Both the position numbers and the translations under genes were made by a program. From contig CM007990.1 of assembly GCA_002189035.1 (NCBI GenBank), positions 3,968,001 through 4,032,000 on the forward strand: 64,000 nt of DNA, read 5' to 3'. The notes under the pieces were generated by a model that saw only the letters and a list, made by a program, of their open reading frames with translations, ran no database searches and had not been told where the DNA came from. Positions 24,567 to 38,149 of this stretch are shown one piece after another (the first letter of the stretch is position 1; every line of letters starts with the position of its first letter). The DNA is from Utricularia gibba. Taxonomy: Eukaryota > Plantae > Magnoliophyta.

Positions 24567-25380
24567 TATCTGTGTATTCTCATGGCATTGCTGACCTACG
24601 TTTCACAGCGGTCTGTGTATTGACGCATTGCTCATTAAAAGTAATGTTGTCTTGTTTTACATTGTAATCATGGACTGTGTTTGGGATATGATTCTTTAGC
24701 AACTTCAATCACTTCTAAATTGTCATTTTTCCTCTTTTATTTATGTTTGTTGAACTTTGCCTCATTATTCCATGTATTTCTTATATAGATTTTCATTTTT
24801 AGTGTGCCAATAGTGCTCGTTAAGAATAATTTGGTATCTTAACCCTGTCTTGGTATTAAAACAAACAATTTTGCTTTAAAATTTAAAAATGAAATAAATA
24901 TATAAAAAATTATAAATTAATAATAATTGATTACATTTAATTTTTTCTATATATAATATATATTTCTTATATAATTGGTTTTCCTTGTTCTTGCCCAACT
25001 CACGGGAGCTTAATTTCAACATGGTCTCTAAACTTTTGCCGTACACCACAGCTTGGGCGACTTAGATGTATTTCGTATTAGTCTATGCTTTGGATTAAAA
25101 AAAAAATAAAAAGATGCATTAAGTTTAGGTAATAAAAATTAGATCGATATATGATCCAAGTATTTTTTATAATCACAAAAAACAAGTCTTAATCAAATTA
25201 AATGATAATTTTAACTTGAAGATAGTTATTAAAACAAACAATTCCACATTATAATTTAAAAGTGAAATAGTTAAATATATAAAAAATTACAGATTATTAA
25301 TAATCTATTGAATCTAATTTTTTAAAATGTAATCTATGTTTTTTTATATATTTAGATTTCACATGTTATGGCACGTGATT

Positions 25381-25557
25381 ACTTCTATGTCATTGTGGCA
25401 TGTGGATACTTCTATGTCATTGTGGAATTCAAATTTCACCATGAAACCATGAACCGATCCCATTGTGGCACCATAAAAGTTAATGCGATGAGGAATTCAA
25501 ATTCCACCATGAAACCATGAACCGATCCCATTGTGGCACGTGGATACTTCTATGTCA
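25381..25557. repeat. Local interleaved direct repeats
   Basis: Two copies of a ~47-bp unit (GAATTCAAATT(T/C)CACCATGAAACCATGAACCGATCCCATTGTGGCAC) and three copies of TACTTCTATGTCA. Confidence 0.7.
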
Positions 25558-25844
25558 AATCTACTCTCATCGAACTTTGCATGCCAAATTATACTTAATT
25601 GGGCAATATTCAGACACAAGGCGAGGAATATTAAGGAAGAACATGAAGACCAAATTCGATAAATATGAATAGAATGCAAAAGATGTAAAACCAATAACAT
25701 GGTTGTATATGTAGCAAGAAGTATGGTTATAGTTATCGAGGGTTTTTGTCAGCAACATGATGACAGTTTCAGCAGGCCCTCCATGTCATCACAACCATGA
25801 ATTTCTTGTAGTTTATTCAAAAGAGTGAAGTGCAGTCAGTGAGT

Positions 25845-26258
25845 TCATGTCTCCCAATCAAACACCTTGTTGTCATCAACATATGGATCACGATGCGACA
25901 GATAGATCCCATCATCCTTTGTTATCCAAACGTTTATTCTGTGGTTGGGAAAGAAATGCTCATGAAATGCCTTAAAAGCCTTGCTCTTATCTCCCCACCA
26001 AATGTGACAAAAGAACTCTGCCATGGGGAAAAGATTCAAGCAGAAATCCCACTTGAGGTAGTCGTGCGATTTTCGAAGCATATGGGTATCAATATCATCA
26101 TCGCCGGAAAAGCAATGCACCTTCATCGGGATCGCATCCGATGACACGTTACGAACGACGAGAACAATGACTTTAGCGTTCAAGAAACACGCCTCAAGAG
26201 GGTTGCATTTCATGAGAAGAAGAAACAGCAAACCGACTAAGGAGTTATTACTGCTCAT
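25845..26258 (-). CDS. SPH: S-protein homologue, subfamily A2, secreted, 137 aa
   Basis: Intronless ORF with a signal peptide and VHCFSGDDDID, WDFC, FFCHIWWG, WITKDDGIYL, FDW. Confidence 0.92.
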   Translation of the reverse strand: MSSNNSLVGLLFLLLMKCNPLEACFLNAKVIVLVVRNVSSDAIPMKVHCFSGDDDIDTHMLRKSHDYLKWDFCLNLFPMAEFFCHIWWGDKSKAFKAFHEHFFPNHRINVWITKDDGIYLSHRDPYVDDNKVFDWET

Positions 26259-27404
26259 TGTGGTGTGGGAGTGGAACCCCTCAGCTACCTCTTGATGTTC
26301 TTATAGACGTACATTAATTACTTCATACTCACAGATGCTTCAAAATCATGGAGAGTTGCAGAACTTTTTCTCCAAGAAAATAAGGTTTTACTTCAATTTA
26401 CATATAATACAAGATCCTCAGTAGTTCTTTCCACATGCGAATGACATTCAATCAACTCCACTGATATCGAATTTATTTGTTAGAGTGGCTTTTAAATGCA
26501 GCATACCAATGTAGGCTTTTATATTATTTTCGATTGACTATATATGTTTTTTGTCGTATATATTAAGACAAAGAATTAATATTGAAATCAAATATATATA
26601 TATATATATATATAATATTACAAAATTACAAAATGACCAATTTCTAAATGATTACATGTGTGTGTGTGTCTGTCTTGTCTTAAACCCAATCGGGGTGGTC
26701 TTCATTGTTTGTGCATGTATAATTTATGCATAAGTTTCAAAGCATATCACATTTATTTAATAAAATTAATACTTTGTGACATTTATTTTTTATAATAACC
26801 AATAGGGCCATAATTTCAATTTCTCTAAACCATTTTTCATTTGCAATTCGATACAAAAATTATTAACTTATGTGTTCCAAAATTAATATTGAATTAACGT
26901 AATTCATCAAGAAAACCTTATAACATGCACAATCTAAATCTCCATAACGTGCAAACCCAAAATCTTCAAACAAAAAATAAATCATCCGCATCTTCCATAA
27001 TCCATACGTTAATTTCATCAAGATTATCACGATATAAAGATTCAAGACCTTCATTTTCCGCAAATCATTTAAATGGTTTGAACTTCAAAGACATTCATTG
27101 AAAAGACAACTCATAACCCCAAAAGTATGTTAATTCAACAAAATCTTATCCAATTCTAAAGAAACACGGTGTGTAAGAGCATGGGGACTAAAAGACCCAT
27201 GATTTCACTGGTCACGTGGGGTTTTGGGTGTGATTCTCAGCTTTGGAGAATCTTGAGTCGTTACTCATCTTTAATCGCTTAGTTTTAATGTGATCGTCAT
27301 GAATGATTGTCATGACTGGGGAGGGCTATTATTCTAAGTATGGTGAATTATTGTCTTCATTTCTCTACCATCTTATTCATTATAAAACATAGTGATATGA
27401 ATCA

Positions 27405-27809
27405 CTACTCCCAATCATACACCTTCTTGGCATCGGAATAAGGATCGTCGTGAGACAAATAGATGCCATCATCTTTTGTCACCCAAACGTTAAGCAAATA
27501 GTTGATTAGAACTTCGTGAAATGCCCTAAACTTCTTTTGCTTCTTTCCCCACCAGACGTTACAGTAGAAACTGGTAACCCCCACGCCGCTCATGCAGAAC
27601 TCCCATTTGAACCCATCGTGCAGTTTCAGAAGCGTGTGAATACCCAAATCGTCATCACCGGAAAAGCAGTGCGCTTGCATCGGGATCGCATCTGAAGAAA
27701 CGTTCCGAACGATGGACACAGTCGCTTTGGAGCTTAGGAAACATGCTTTAAGAGTGCTGCATGTGGTCAGAAGAAATAAGAAGAAGACGAGCAGGGAGTT
27801 GTTGCTCAT
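27405..27809 (-). CDS. SPH: S-protein homologue, subfamily B, secreted, 134 aa
   Basis: Intronless ORF with a signal peptide and AHCFSGDDDLG, WEFC, FYCNVWWG, WVTKDDGIYL, YDWE. Confidence 0.92.
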   Translation of the reverse strand: MSNNSLLVFFLFLLTTCSTLKACFLSSKATVSIVRNVSSDAIPMQAHCFSGDDDLGIHTLLKLHDGFKWEFCMSGVGVTSFYCNVWWGKKQKKFRAFHEVLINYLLNVWVTKDDGIYLSHDDPYSDAKKVYDWE

Positions 27810-28372
27810 CGTTTGAGGTTTCCGTTGAGGACTCCGAGCTATCAGGACTCCTCTTATACCTCTTTTGGCTTTCCATTTAATTAAATGGTCTTAACAGATC
27901 CTCGAACTTGGAAAATGTAACCAACAAAAAATTGTTATGCAATTTTTGCAAATGCATGTTCTTTTGATTCCATGTGAAATTTCAGTTTTCTGATTCATCC
28001 CAAAAAACTTCTGAAATCTCTTCAAAATATAATCATTTTGAATGCAAGATGCCTAAACATTTATTTACTTTAAGTGAATTTAATGGCAATTTACATGGAA
28101 AATTTTCATTACTTACATAATATTCACTTTAATCGATTAAATTACTCAATAAGGTAGTCAAATAATTTCTTTTCGACATTTTTTTAATACAGATATGGAT
28201 TGTGTAGTTATACAACATATCTTATAGAAATAATGCTTTATTTTCCAACTTATTCGAATGGAAAAAATGCATCAACTCATCACATATAAATGTAAAATGC
28301 ATTACAATAAACAATTTTGAGGATGCATGTTGAAGAAATTTCGTTGCTTTTTAATATTTGATATGAGTATGT

Positions 28373-29369
28373 TTGTAAGGATATAATTATCATATTTATG
28401 GGGAAATTTGTAAAAATGCCCCCAATAGTTTACACATATGAGCAAAAATGACTCAAAAGTTTACTATGGTACAACTTTACCCCTAAAGTTCATATGCAGA
28501 TGCAATATTGACTCCAAATGTTTGCAAAAGGTTTTAATATGTTACATATCTTTGAGAAATATAGGTGCAAAAATGTTCTAACTTCTGTCAAATTTTTAAA
28601 TGTATATTTTTATCTCAAATATTTCAAAGTGTACACTTTTGCCCCATACTACTTTTTTTTATTATTACTAATATTAATATAATAATAAAAGTAATAATAA
28701 TAATAATTTTATTGTACAAAAACCCGAAACACTATCTGAAATTCTAAACTCTTGATAAACCTTTAAACTCAAACCAAAGTGAAAAAAAAAAAATTTGCAT
28801 CTTACTACGAGTTTTAGTATGATGATAATGATTAAAATCATAAATTGAGATAAAAACATTAATCAAAATGAATGAAAAATGGTTAAGAATTTATTTCATA
28901 GACAACCAAAGATGGTTAACAATTTATCTCATCATCATACTCAAACTCGTGTAATAAGATACAAAATTTATATTTTTTTCTATTTGGTTTAGGTTTAAGG
29001 GTTTTAACAAGACTTTAGATTTTCAGATTTTCGTACAATAAAATTATTATGATTATTAGTTATATTAATAATAAGTAATAACAATAAACCAGAATTGGGC
29101 AAAAGTTCACACTCTTAAATATTTGGGGGTAAAAATACACATTTAAAACTTTGATGGAAGTTAGGACATTTTCGTGTTGTTAAAAATAATTGGGCACAAA
29201 AATATATTTTTCATATATATATGACATATTAAAATGTTTTTGCAAATATTTGGGGTATTGTTACATATGTGTGAACGTTTGGGACAAATTTATGCCACAG
29301 TAAACTTTTGGGATAAAAAAACTTGTGTGTGTAAATAGTTGGTGATAAAAATAAACTTGATCTGATATT
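28373..29369. mobile_element. Foldback / long-TIR (Mutator-like) non-autonomous element, ~1 kb
   Basis: Inverted arms of ~450 bp (~28400-28845 vs ~28925-29350), e.g. TTACTACGAGTTTTAGTATGATGAT vs ATCATCATACTCAAACTCGTGTAA. The element is absent at the paralogous site upstream of B' (~39070) and the junctions share TATGT. Confidence 0.75.
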
Positions 29370-31235
29370 TATGTGCTTTTTTTTAGCATAATCCTAAATT
29401 TAGAGAAAATATTATGCAACCAACAAAATAGGGAGGTTTCCATATTTTATAAGGATCCTGACCCTAAAAAACAATTTCAAGAACTCTCTTATAGTTTTAG
29501 GACTCAACAATATTAGCCTTGGGCATGAGTACGAGTTAACTCCAGTAACTCATGAGTTTGTGGAATGAGTGACTTCTAATCATAATCATAGGAGGTAAAT
29601 CAACCAATTCTCAAATGTTACTCATGAATGAATTCAATTCTGATTTTATACTTTCTTTTCATTTCTTGGAATTTAATAAAGATATTGCCTCATCATAAAT
29701 TCTTGTCACAAACAGTTTTCAAAATTCTTCTTCATTTTCCTATCTTCTCAAATGGATTTAAAATCACAACAAGTGACCATAGATGATTTTCAAATAGTAA
29801 GAATAAATCATTGTTGTTTGAGAATCAATTATATCATGTTGATTGCCGTTTCTACAATAATTTTTTTTTAAAAAAAATTAAAATGTAAAACAAAAAGGGT
29901 GTAACTGAATATCGATCACATGGAGTTAATTTTTAAGAGAATGATGCAGTTTAAAACCTAATATAAACTATCACGATTTTGTAAATGAGATTATAAAGGT
30001 AAACAGAAAAAACAAATTTAAATGATGAATCTTAAGCAAGATTACTGTTGGATTGGAATCCTTACCAATTATCATTATAACTCTATCCCTCTTCGGTTTT
30101 TTTGGGGTATATGAACACAAATCACCTATGCTCTCTTATACTCTCTTATAAGAAAACATGAGAATTGTCTCATGTAGCACCTTTTTGGATGATCGTAAAG
30201 ATAAGAGATCCAAACATCAATTATCTTCATGATCGAATTGGCCATATGCGTCCAAGTGTTGCCAATGGTTCTATTGTGGTTGGATACACTCACAAACAAA
30301 ACGTTCTCTCCTTCGAACTGAAAAGGTAGGAGTTGGTGTCTTTCAGCTTGTTCATTTTGAAAACTTGTAAGTAGCAACGAATTACTCATGAATTTTGACT
30401 AGAGATCATTATACTGCAATGCATGTACATTGAAATATGTGAAAGCCGATTGAATTCAGAGAGAAAATGCATAATTAATCATACGATATAGAAGAAGTCT
30501 GTTAACCCAGAAAAGAGAAGTTTAGTTGCAAGCGGTCAAACACAATATGAAACTCAAAGCAAACTAGAGAAAAAAATGGAGAAAAACATTTTAGAGAAAT
30601 GTGAATTACAAAAACTAAAACACCAAATATTATCCTTATCTAAATATTGAAAATACATATTTCGAAGGGGATCTTATTTTTTGGTAGTATTGTCACGTTT
30701 TTCAACCAGTTATCATGCATATTCTCCAATAATGCACTTCAATTCAATTATACTAATATAAGAAAAAACTTATAATTCTTATTCTAGACATCAAATTATA
30801 CTACTCTAATTTCATTTAAACATACACTATGACACAAAATATGATATTAAAATAACAATTAGCATGTCACTTGGAAAACTAGTGGAAATTATGTAACTAA
30901 TTTTTTTAGGTGATCTCCATAGCCAACCAGATAAGAATTGCAGTGTATTTTCAATTTTTTAAATACATTATGAAGAATGATTTGAATTTAAAAATTATAA
31001 GCATAATCATATTTTAAAAAAAGTATTTGCGATGTATATAAATGTGATATAAAATTATTAGTAATTATGTTACATATATGATTTTCATTTTTTTGTGAAT
31101 GGTGTAATTTTTCCACTTAATCACATTCAATTTGAAAACCAAATTTAATATAGGCATAGTATCAAAGTTTCAATATTATTTAACGAATCAAGCACTCACC
31201 AACCATATTGTTAGTGGATGTGACAATTTCTTCTG

Positions 31236-31667
31236 TCAAATACCAACATTATAAGGTGGTGTATTTTCATTCCAACCATATTGCCATGCTGGAGAATCAT
31301 CACCATACCATAAGTAGATTCCATCATCTTTTGCTTCCCAGAAGAATCTTAAAGGAGCAACACCCATATCTTCCTTAAATGCGTTGAAAATAACACTCTT
31401 CTTTCCCCACCATATATGACAAATGAATTTCGTAGTAGGAAGAAAATTTACGCAAAATTTCCAACTAACATAGCTACGAAACACAGGGAGTTGGTGGTAT
31501 CCAAGATTGCCATCTTTTGAAAAGCAATGCACCCTCATCATCGTCGAATCCGAAGACACCATACGAGTAATGGAGATGATTTCCTCCTCAGTAAAGATAC
31601 ATGCTTGAATGGGGCTGCATATTGCAATAAGAACAAATAAGAGTATGGTTGGGAGACCGTTGCCCAT
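31236..31667 (-). CDS. SPH: S-protein homologue, subfamily C1, secreted, 143 aa
   Basis: The likely start is MGNGL at 31667, because the TATA-like element at ~31705 lies inside the longer computed ORF. SPH motifs VHCFSKDGNLG, FICHIWWG, WEAKDDGIYL; C-terminal tail NENTPPYNVGI. Confidence 0.92.
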   Translation of the reverse strand: MGNGLPTILLFVLIAICSPIQACIFTEEEIISITRMVSSDSTMMRVHCFSKDGNLGYHQLPVFRSYVSWKFCVNFLPTTKFICHIWWGKKSVIFNAFKEDMGVAPLRFFWEAKDDGIYLWYGDDSPAWQYGWNENTPPYNVGI

Positions 31668-32159
31668 TGTGTTGAGGTGTCCATTGAGGTTTTCAGGAGA
31701 TGCTCTTCTTATAGGAGTCTTACAAATCAAGTTGGCAATTGCTAACTTGACAACTTCCATAAGTTAGCACATTTTATAGGTAATTTGAGAGAATTAGGTC
31801 TCAATTCAAATTAAAGGTGCAATTGTATTAAGTTAAATTTATCCAAATCCTATAAAAAAAACCAACCTAAATCATCAAATTAAACTAATGAAATGAATAC
31901 AAAGAGTGAAATGTAATAATAATAGAAAAAATAGTTAATAATACAATTTCATTCTTAACTTATGAACATCAGAATTACCTAATAATATTTGCGGCTATAA
32001 GAGTTGAGTTCACATTAATTTTAAACTGAAAAAGAAAAGAATTCATATTTTATCAATTTCAAGACAAGATTTTTTTTTGAATTATTTAAACTAAAAAAAG
32101 GATTCATACTGATTTATAGATGAAATATGAGTCAACAATGAAGCCATATTAAATATGAA

Positions 32160-32445
32160 TTTATACAAGGACATATTTATTAAATAGATGTGATTTGGGT
32201 TATTATGAATGTATACAAGGGTATATTTATTAAATGGATGTGAATTTTGGTTATTATGAATATATACAAAGGTAAATTTATTAAATAGATGTGAATTTTG
32301 GTTATTCTAAATAGATATAAAGGTAAATTTATTAAATAGATGTGAATTTTGATTATTATAAATTAGCATCAAGGAAAATTATTTGAAACTTGATTATTAT
32401 GAATCTAGACAAGGGAAAATTTATTAAATATAAGTGAAATTTGGT
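32160..32445. repeat. ~51-bp AT-rich minisatellite, ~6 units
   Basis: Repeating AAATTTATTAAATAGATGTGAATTTTGGTTATTATGAAT... core; same family as the 42.9 kb and 53.2 kb arrays. Confidence 0.85.
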
Positions 32446-33248
32446 ATTATGTAATTTGAAAATGTACATAAAGTTGGGGATTCGAAAGATCGGATAGGTT
32501 TCGGTTGCACTAAGCCTGAAACTAAACAGCTTTACAATACCCAAAATTTCAAACTTAAACTCAAATTTTAGCAATATTTTGTACACAATTTCATTTTTTT
32601 ATATATAAAATTAATAATTTTTTAGAATACTGATTTCTCGGATGAAGAAAAATCAAATTCCCATTTTTTAAAATAACACTAAAATGAATAAATCATAATG
32701 TTAATTCTTGTTTGTTCTAATTTTAACAAAAATTTTTTTTAATAATGTTTCTGTTATTTTTTCTTTTCTATGTTAATTCTTTTTTTTTCCTTTTTATTAG
32801 TGTTAGCTTATACGATTCTAGGTAATAAAATAATGATGGCATTTCTTACGAAAATAATTCAAAATGAGATTTGCGCAAACATGGGGCAAGGTCATGGTAG
32901 TATATGACATTGAAAATGTATACTATTAAATAATTTAATGGACTTATACTCTATGAGTGTGTTTGGTAGAGAGGATAAAGGGGGATAGTTAAATGGAAAA
33001 AGAAAAATAGTATGTTTAGTAGATGAGATAAATTATACTTAATATAATTTATACCATGAATATGAAATAAAATAATGGAAGGAGAGGGATTGAGATAAAA
33101 TTATATTATCATATACCCCTCCTTTATATACCAACTCTTATTTCTGGTATAATTTATCTATGTACCAAATACAATCTATGTTCTCTGTAAGTATGCAAGG
33201 GGTATAAACATAAATTAGTAGCAATTATTAAGAACATACATTATTTGA

Positions 33249-33668
33249 TCAAAATATAATATTATAAGGTGGTATACCTTCATTCCAACCATATGCTCTC
33301 AATAAGGCATCATTACCATGTCCTAAATAAAACTCGTAATCTTTAACTTCTCAATAGTCTTTGAAAGGAGTCATTTTAATACTCTTGATGTGAATTAAAC
33401 TTAAGACTCTTCTTTCCCCACCAAAAATGATGAAAAAGCTTGAAAAAAAGTTGAAACAAAAAGTTCGACTATAAGTAATATGCAATATTGGGAGTAGGTG
33501 ATATCCAAGGTCATTATCCTTGGAAAATCAGTACACCCTCATCACTGTTGAATTCAATGAAAACTTACAAAAGACTGCAACATATTGCTCTTCAGTCACA
33601 CAAGCTTTATTAGGGTTGTGTAGTGCAAGAAGAACAACTAGGAAGATGGGTATGAGATTGTTGCTCAT
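33249..33668 (-). pseudogene. SPH subfamily D pseudogene
   Basis: MSNNLIPIFLVVLLALHNPNKACVTEEQY... is followed by a stop at the VHC motif (VY*) and a 1-nt frameshift. Downstream DNA still matches DNDLGYH, WWGKK and the PPY tail. Confidence 0.85.
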
Positions 33669-35138
33669 TGCATTATGGTCTGTATTCATGATTTTAGCCA
33701 ATGCTCTTCTTATAAGAGTTTGGTAAACCAAAAAAATGAGTAATCTCTTTCTCTCTAGAAGCAATAAACTAAAGTAGGTATTTACCATTCAATGGTTTTG
33801 AGTCATTTTCAATTGATTTGAACAATGAACATGTATTACATGGATCTTTGAGAAGTGGCAATTTATGTTTTTTTGCTGACACACTAAAGTTGTAAATTAA
33901 TATTTATATTACTTTTTGCACACATATGTTAGAAAACTACTTTCTAAATAACCATACATTTTACAAGCATAGATATTACTAACATTAAACCCCAAATGAG
34001 GGTGTGCACTTAGTCCCTTCATGAGGCAAATAGTCAACTTAAAATAATGGGGAAAGCATTAAAATAGAGGGAATCATTGTTGTAATTTTTTATGAATATC
34101 GGAGACCATTAACATCAAATACCCAATGTATTATATAAAAATTATGTGTTTCAAATTTAATATTGAATTAACATAATTCATCATGACTATGGAAAAACAA
34201 ACCATTTCCAATATATAGAATAGAAAAATTTAGTTATTACCATAAAGTCCAACTATGAAAAATTAATGTGATTTACAAATAATATGATAATAGTACTGTC
34301 TAAATAAATCAAACTTCAATATTTTGATTAGATATACAAATAAAAAATTTCATATGTTATGAATACTCGAAGTAAATATTAAATAAAATTATGAGTTATA
34401 GTTATTCAGGTAACATCAAATAGGAAACATGATGTTTTGAATTTAGATATCAAATGGGGATCTCAAATCGGAATAGCATACAATTATCTTTATAACCCGA
34501 TATAATCCATCGCTTATTTTGTGCTAGGAAGTGCTGAGAAAATCCTCAACAATCTGATGTTATTAGTGAAGAAGAAGAAAAAACCTAAAAAGAAAGCATG
34601 GAATAGAAATAGGAACTCAATTTGAACTATGGCCATTTAAATATAGATTTGATTCAAAGAAAATTCAATATGAAGAAAAGATTCAGGAGCAGAATTCTAG
34701 CTTACAACCAAGACACTGGCAAAAAACCCACAATTTTAAACTCTCAATGAGAATATAACAGTTGTATAGCTTTATTATATACAAATAGGAGAAACATACA
34801 TGCAGATCTGTAGATTAAAAATTATTTTTCTCCATAAAATTATTTTTGGAGGATAAAACTTCAAGTTCATAAGGTTCAATGTCCAGGCTCCAAGATAGGA
34901 ATGTATAATCTTAAATCAGTTCATTTTGTTGGTAGGTTGGGGCGATCACGGCAGCCCAGGTCCAAAATAAAATTTTTTTTTTTTTAATTTTGCATATGTA
35001 TTTTTTTATGTTTTTAATATTATGGTGCAAATTATCAACAAAATAGTACTAATATATCTTTCAATTAACCAAACAATATATCAAATAAGTTGTATCATAA
35101 GTCTATTAAGATTAAATGAGAAATAACATCATTGTTGT

Positions 35139-36997
35139 TGTGGTTGAAAATCTGTACTAGGGTAGGAGACGATTTTCGGGTTACGAGTACGGCTGGATGC
35201 ATAATATCCAATTTAGGTTCACATGTTATGTGGGGTGAGATACGGTTAATAGAAGCACATGAGACATAGAATTTTACGTGGAAACCATCGGAAAACACAA
35301 AAACCACGGAGCTGTCGGAGCTTGTCGGAAAAATGGTTTTCACTAGATGGAGGTGGAGAGATGTTAAGTGTCATTTTCTAGTTATTTATTAGGTGTTATT
35401 ATGTGTTAATTATGTATTAAGTCACCCAATTAGGAATTATATTGATCAGAAATTGATTTTCCTTAGAAAATCGCTATTTTCCTATTTTGTATATATTTTC
35501 TGTCTTTTTTTTCACACTTTGACCGAGACATGTCAGGAGACTATCATGGAGTGTTGCAGGAGTATTGCAGGTGGTAAGACTCTGAGTTTTCGTGTCTTGT
35601 ACGCGAGTTGGAACGATTGTGGGCGGAAGACTAACACTGGTCAAGGCCCGTGACTTACGGCATGTCAAAGTCTGCAGAAATGATTGAGCGCAAACTTGCA
35701 TGCAAAGAAAAGCCGCTGGTGCACGCAAGACAGAAGGAATGATGGGAAGGGGACCCAAAGGAGTTAATGCACGTGGGGAGTGATGTAAAAGCCACTTGGA
35801 GCACTTAGTTTCGAACTTTTTGCCATTTACTTTCTAGACTTAGAACTTTTAAGTTCTGCCTCCCCTCAAGGAGGAAGAACACTTAGCTTCCTTTTCATTT
35901 CTGTTTCCATGGTCCTTTGTGGCTAAAAACCTTTTAGTTTCTGGGAGAAGATGAAGTTTCCTTCTAAATCCTGGGCAATACACTCGGTTCTTCGCTGAAT
36001 TGATTTCGGATTCTACATACTTCCACACATTTTGTTGCAGTCTTTCTGTAATGACTCTTAGTCAAGGTCTATAAGTAGCAGGCCACTCCTCGCGGATTTT
36101 GGTGAAGATCAAGGTAAAGAACACCAACTCCAACCCTGCCAGTTCGAGGGAAGTAGGAGATTGTTTGTGGCCTAGGTACCGCGATAGTGTACAGGTTGTG
36201 ACCTTGGACCTACCACTGGCCATTGTCAACAGCTGGGCACACGCGCACAATTCGGTTTTGAAGGCAGTCGAAGGCAATCCTCTTGTCTTCCTAATCGTCC
36301 AAGGGGAATCACATGAAGCTATTTCCGTGCCTCCTTGTCAATCAGAGTGTAAGGGAGAGTAGGCTATTCCTTGCTCCTATAACCAGCCATTCGGAAAAAA
36401 TCAGTGAAAACCGAGACAAGAACGGATAGAGGAAGGAGATGAAATCTTATTCCCAAGAACTGCATCCCGTAGTCAAGGGCCATCACTTAGGTTGTAGCTT
36501 TTATTTCTGCACCTTAAAAACCCTCTTTTGCAAAACCGTGACATTTTGTGAAAGTTTCTTACAAACACTTTTCACGAAAAACAACTCCCTGAAATCGATA
36601 CTCGTACTACGCTTTTTGTGTTTTACATTTTATAAATATTTAAATTTTGTTGAGGAAACGCCACACAACATAAGAAAATACAAGTTGGAGGGCTTCGAGT
36701 CAAACCTTTTTTTCTGTAGGATTTCTTGTCTTTATAGATGAGATGGATTTGACTGAATTCTGAATTCTATAGATTTTGTCTACTTTCTGCACCTGCTGTA
36801 CGTACTCTGGTCTTGCTTTTTGGATAACCACCGCCTGCTTTATCGTTGCCATAATTCGGCTATTTTTCAAATTGTGCAAAACGGCCGTTGCTGACAGTGT
36901 TGACACTTACCAATATGTCGGCCTGCACCAGGGTGTCAGGATATCTTTTGCCTACTTTTTAGAGATCGATTAACCCAATCCGATTTAACCCCCATCA
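35139..36997. mobile_element. Solo LTR (TGTGGTTGAAAATC...CCCCATCA family) carrying a nested LTR
   Basis: TG...CA termini with near-TSD GTTGT/ATTGT. The outer parts match the element at 49839-51993. Confidence 0.75.
35362..36670. mobile_element. Nested LTR-like insertion (~1.3 kb)
   Basis: Starts TGTTAAG, ends CAACA and interrupts the outer LTR. Homologous in reverse orientation to 62632-~63830. Confidence 0.7.
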
Positions 36998-38149
36998 ATT
37001 GTGTTCTTTGTTTAACAAGAAAGCAGCACAACCAAAGCGTGAAATTCATGAATTTCATTTGTCTATAAGTTCATATCTTTATCTTGGTTTAACCTTGAAA
37101 TTTCAATAAAAATTAATGATAAACTTAAATCATATATTTATGTAATAAGATGAACAATGTTTAAAAAGAAAACCTTGATGCATGTATATATATATGTACA
37201 TTCTCATGTCTTTTGTCTAGTGTATCAAAAAATAGATTATTTTCATCATTCATAATCCATATGTTAATTTCATCAAGATCAAGATATAAAGGTTCAAAAC
37301 CTTCGTTTTGCACAATTCATTTAAATGGTCTGAATGTCACAAACGTTCATCGAAAGGCAAAACTTTTAACCCTGAAAATAAGTTAATGCAATGAAATCTC
37401 TCAACATTCAGACACATGGTGTGCAAGAGCATGGGATTAAAAGAGCCACCACTTCACCTGTCTCGTAGGGTTTTGGATGTGATTCTCAACATTAGAGAAT
37501 CTTGAGTCCTTACTCATTCTTTATCGCTTAGCTCAGTTTTAATGTGATCTTTTTCACTGATTGTCGTGACATGGGTGTGGCTATTATTCAAAGTATCTGG
37601 GTTATTGTCCTAATTTCCATGCCATCTTATTCATTAGGCCTCATGGGGTCATTATCTCTCTTTATGCAAAATTGTAAAAATAATACCTTAAGTTGTCAAA
37701 ACCGTGAAACAAATATCCAATAGTTTTCAAAATTTGTTAAAAAGAATTAGTTTACACTGCCATGAATGAGGTTTGCTTTCAAAACCACCGAAATTTAATG
37801 TTAGGATTTTTGCATTCGTGTCTAAAATTCAACAAATCGAATGATACTTCTGTTAATGTTATATACAATTTTATGCGTTCAAGGCAAACTATTTAAAAAA
37901 AATACATTAAGAGGTGTATAATACAATTTTAAAACTTAATGGTGAATCTATTTATACTGATTGTAAGTTCAAGTGCTAGGCAAACTACACCCCTTCCATA
38001 TTTCTCTAGATTTAACCTTTTGACTTCTACTAGGCAATGTCGAGACATTCAGGGCCAAATGGTCGAAGAATGACCATCCTGAACCCCTAGTTTGATCGGA
38101 ATTTTTTGTTGAATTTTATTCAATAAAAAAAACATAATATTATGGATCA

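Noticed and set aside
25426-25540. Repeat-spacer-repeat resembling CRISPR
   Set aside because: Only two 47-bp units in eukaryotic DNA, with no cas genes; a simple local duplication.
31668-31760. N-terminal extensions of the computed SPH ORFs (also 38555-38641 and 52716-52769)
   Set aside because: The upstream ATGs lie at or 5' of the TATA-like box and are not shared between paralogues; the downstream ATG gives a normal signal peptide.
35393-36973. Several 60-100-aa ORFs (also 51075-51335, 61679-62027, 63055-63875)
   Set aside because: They lie inside LTR sequences and are not conserved between copies of the same LTR family.
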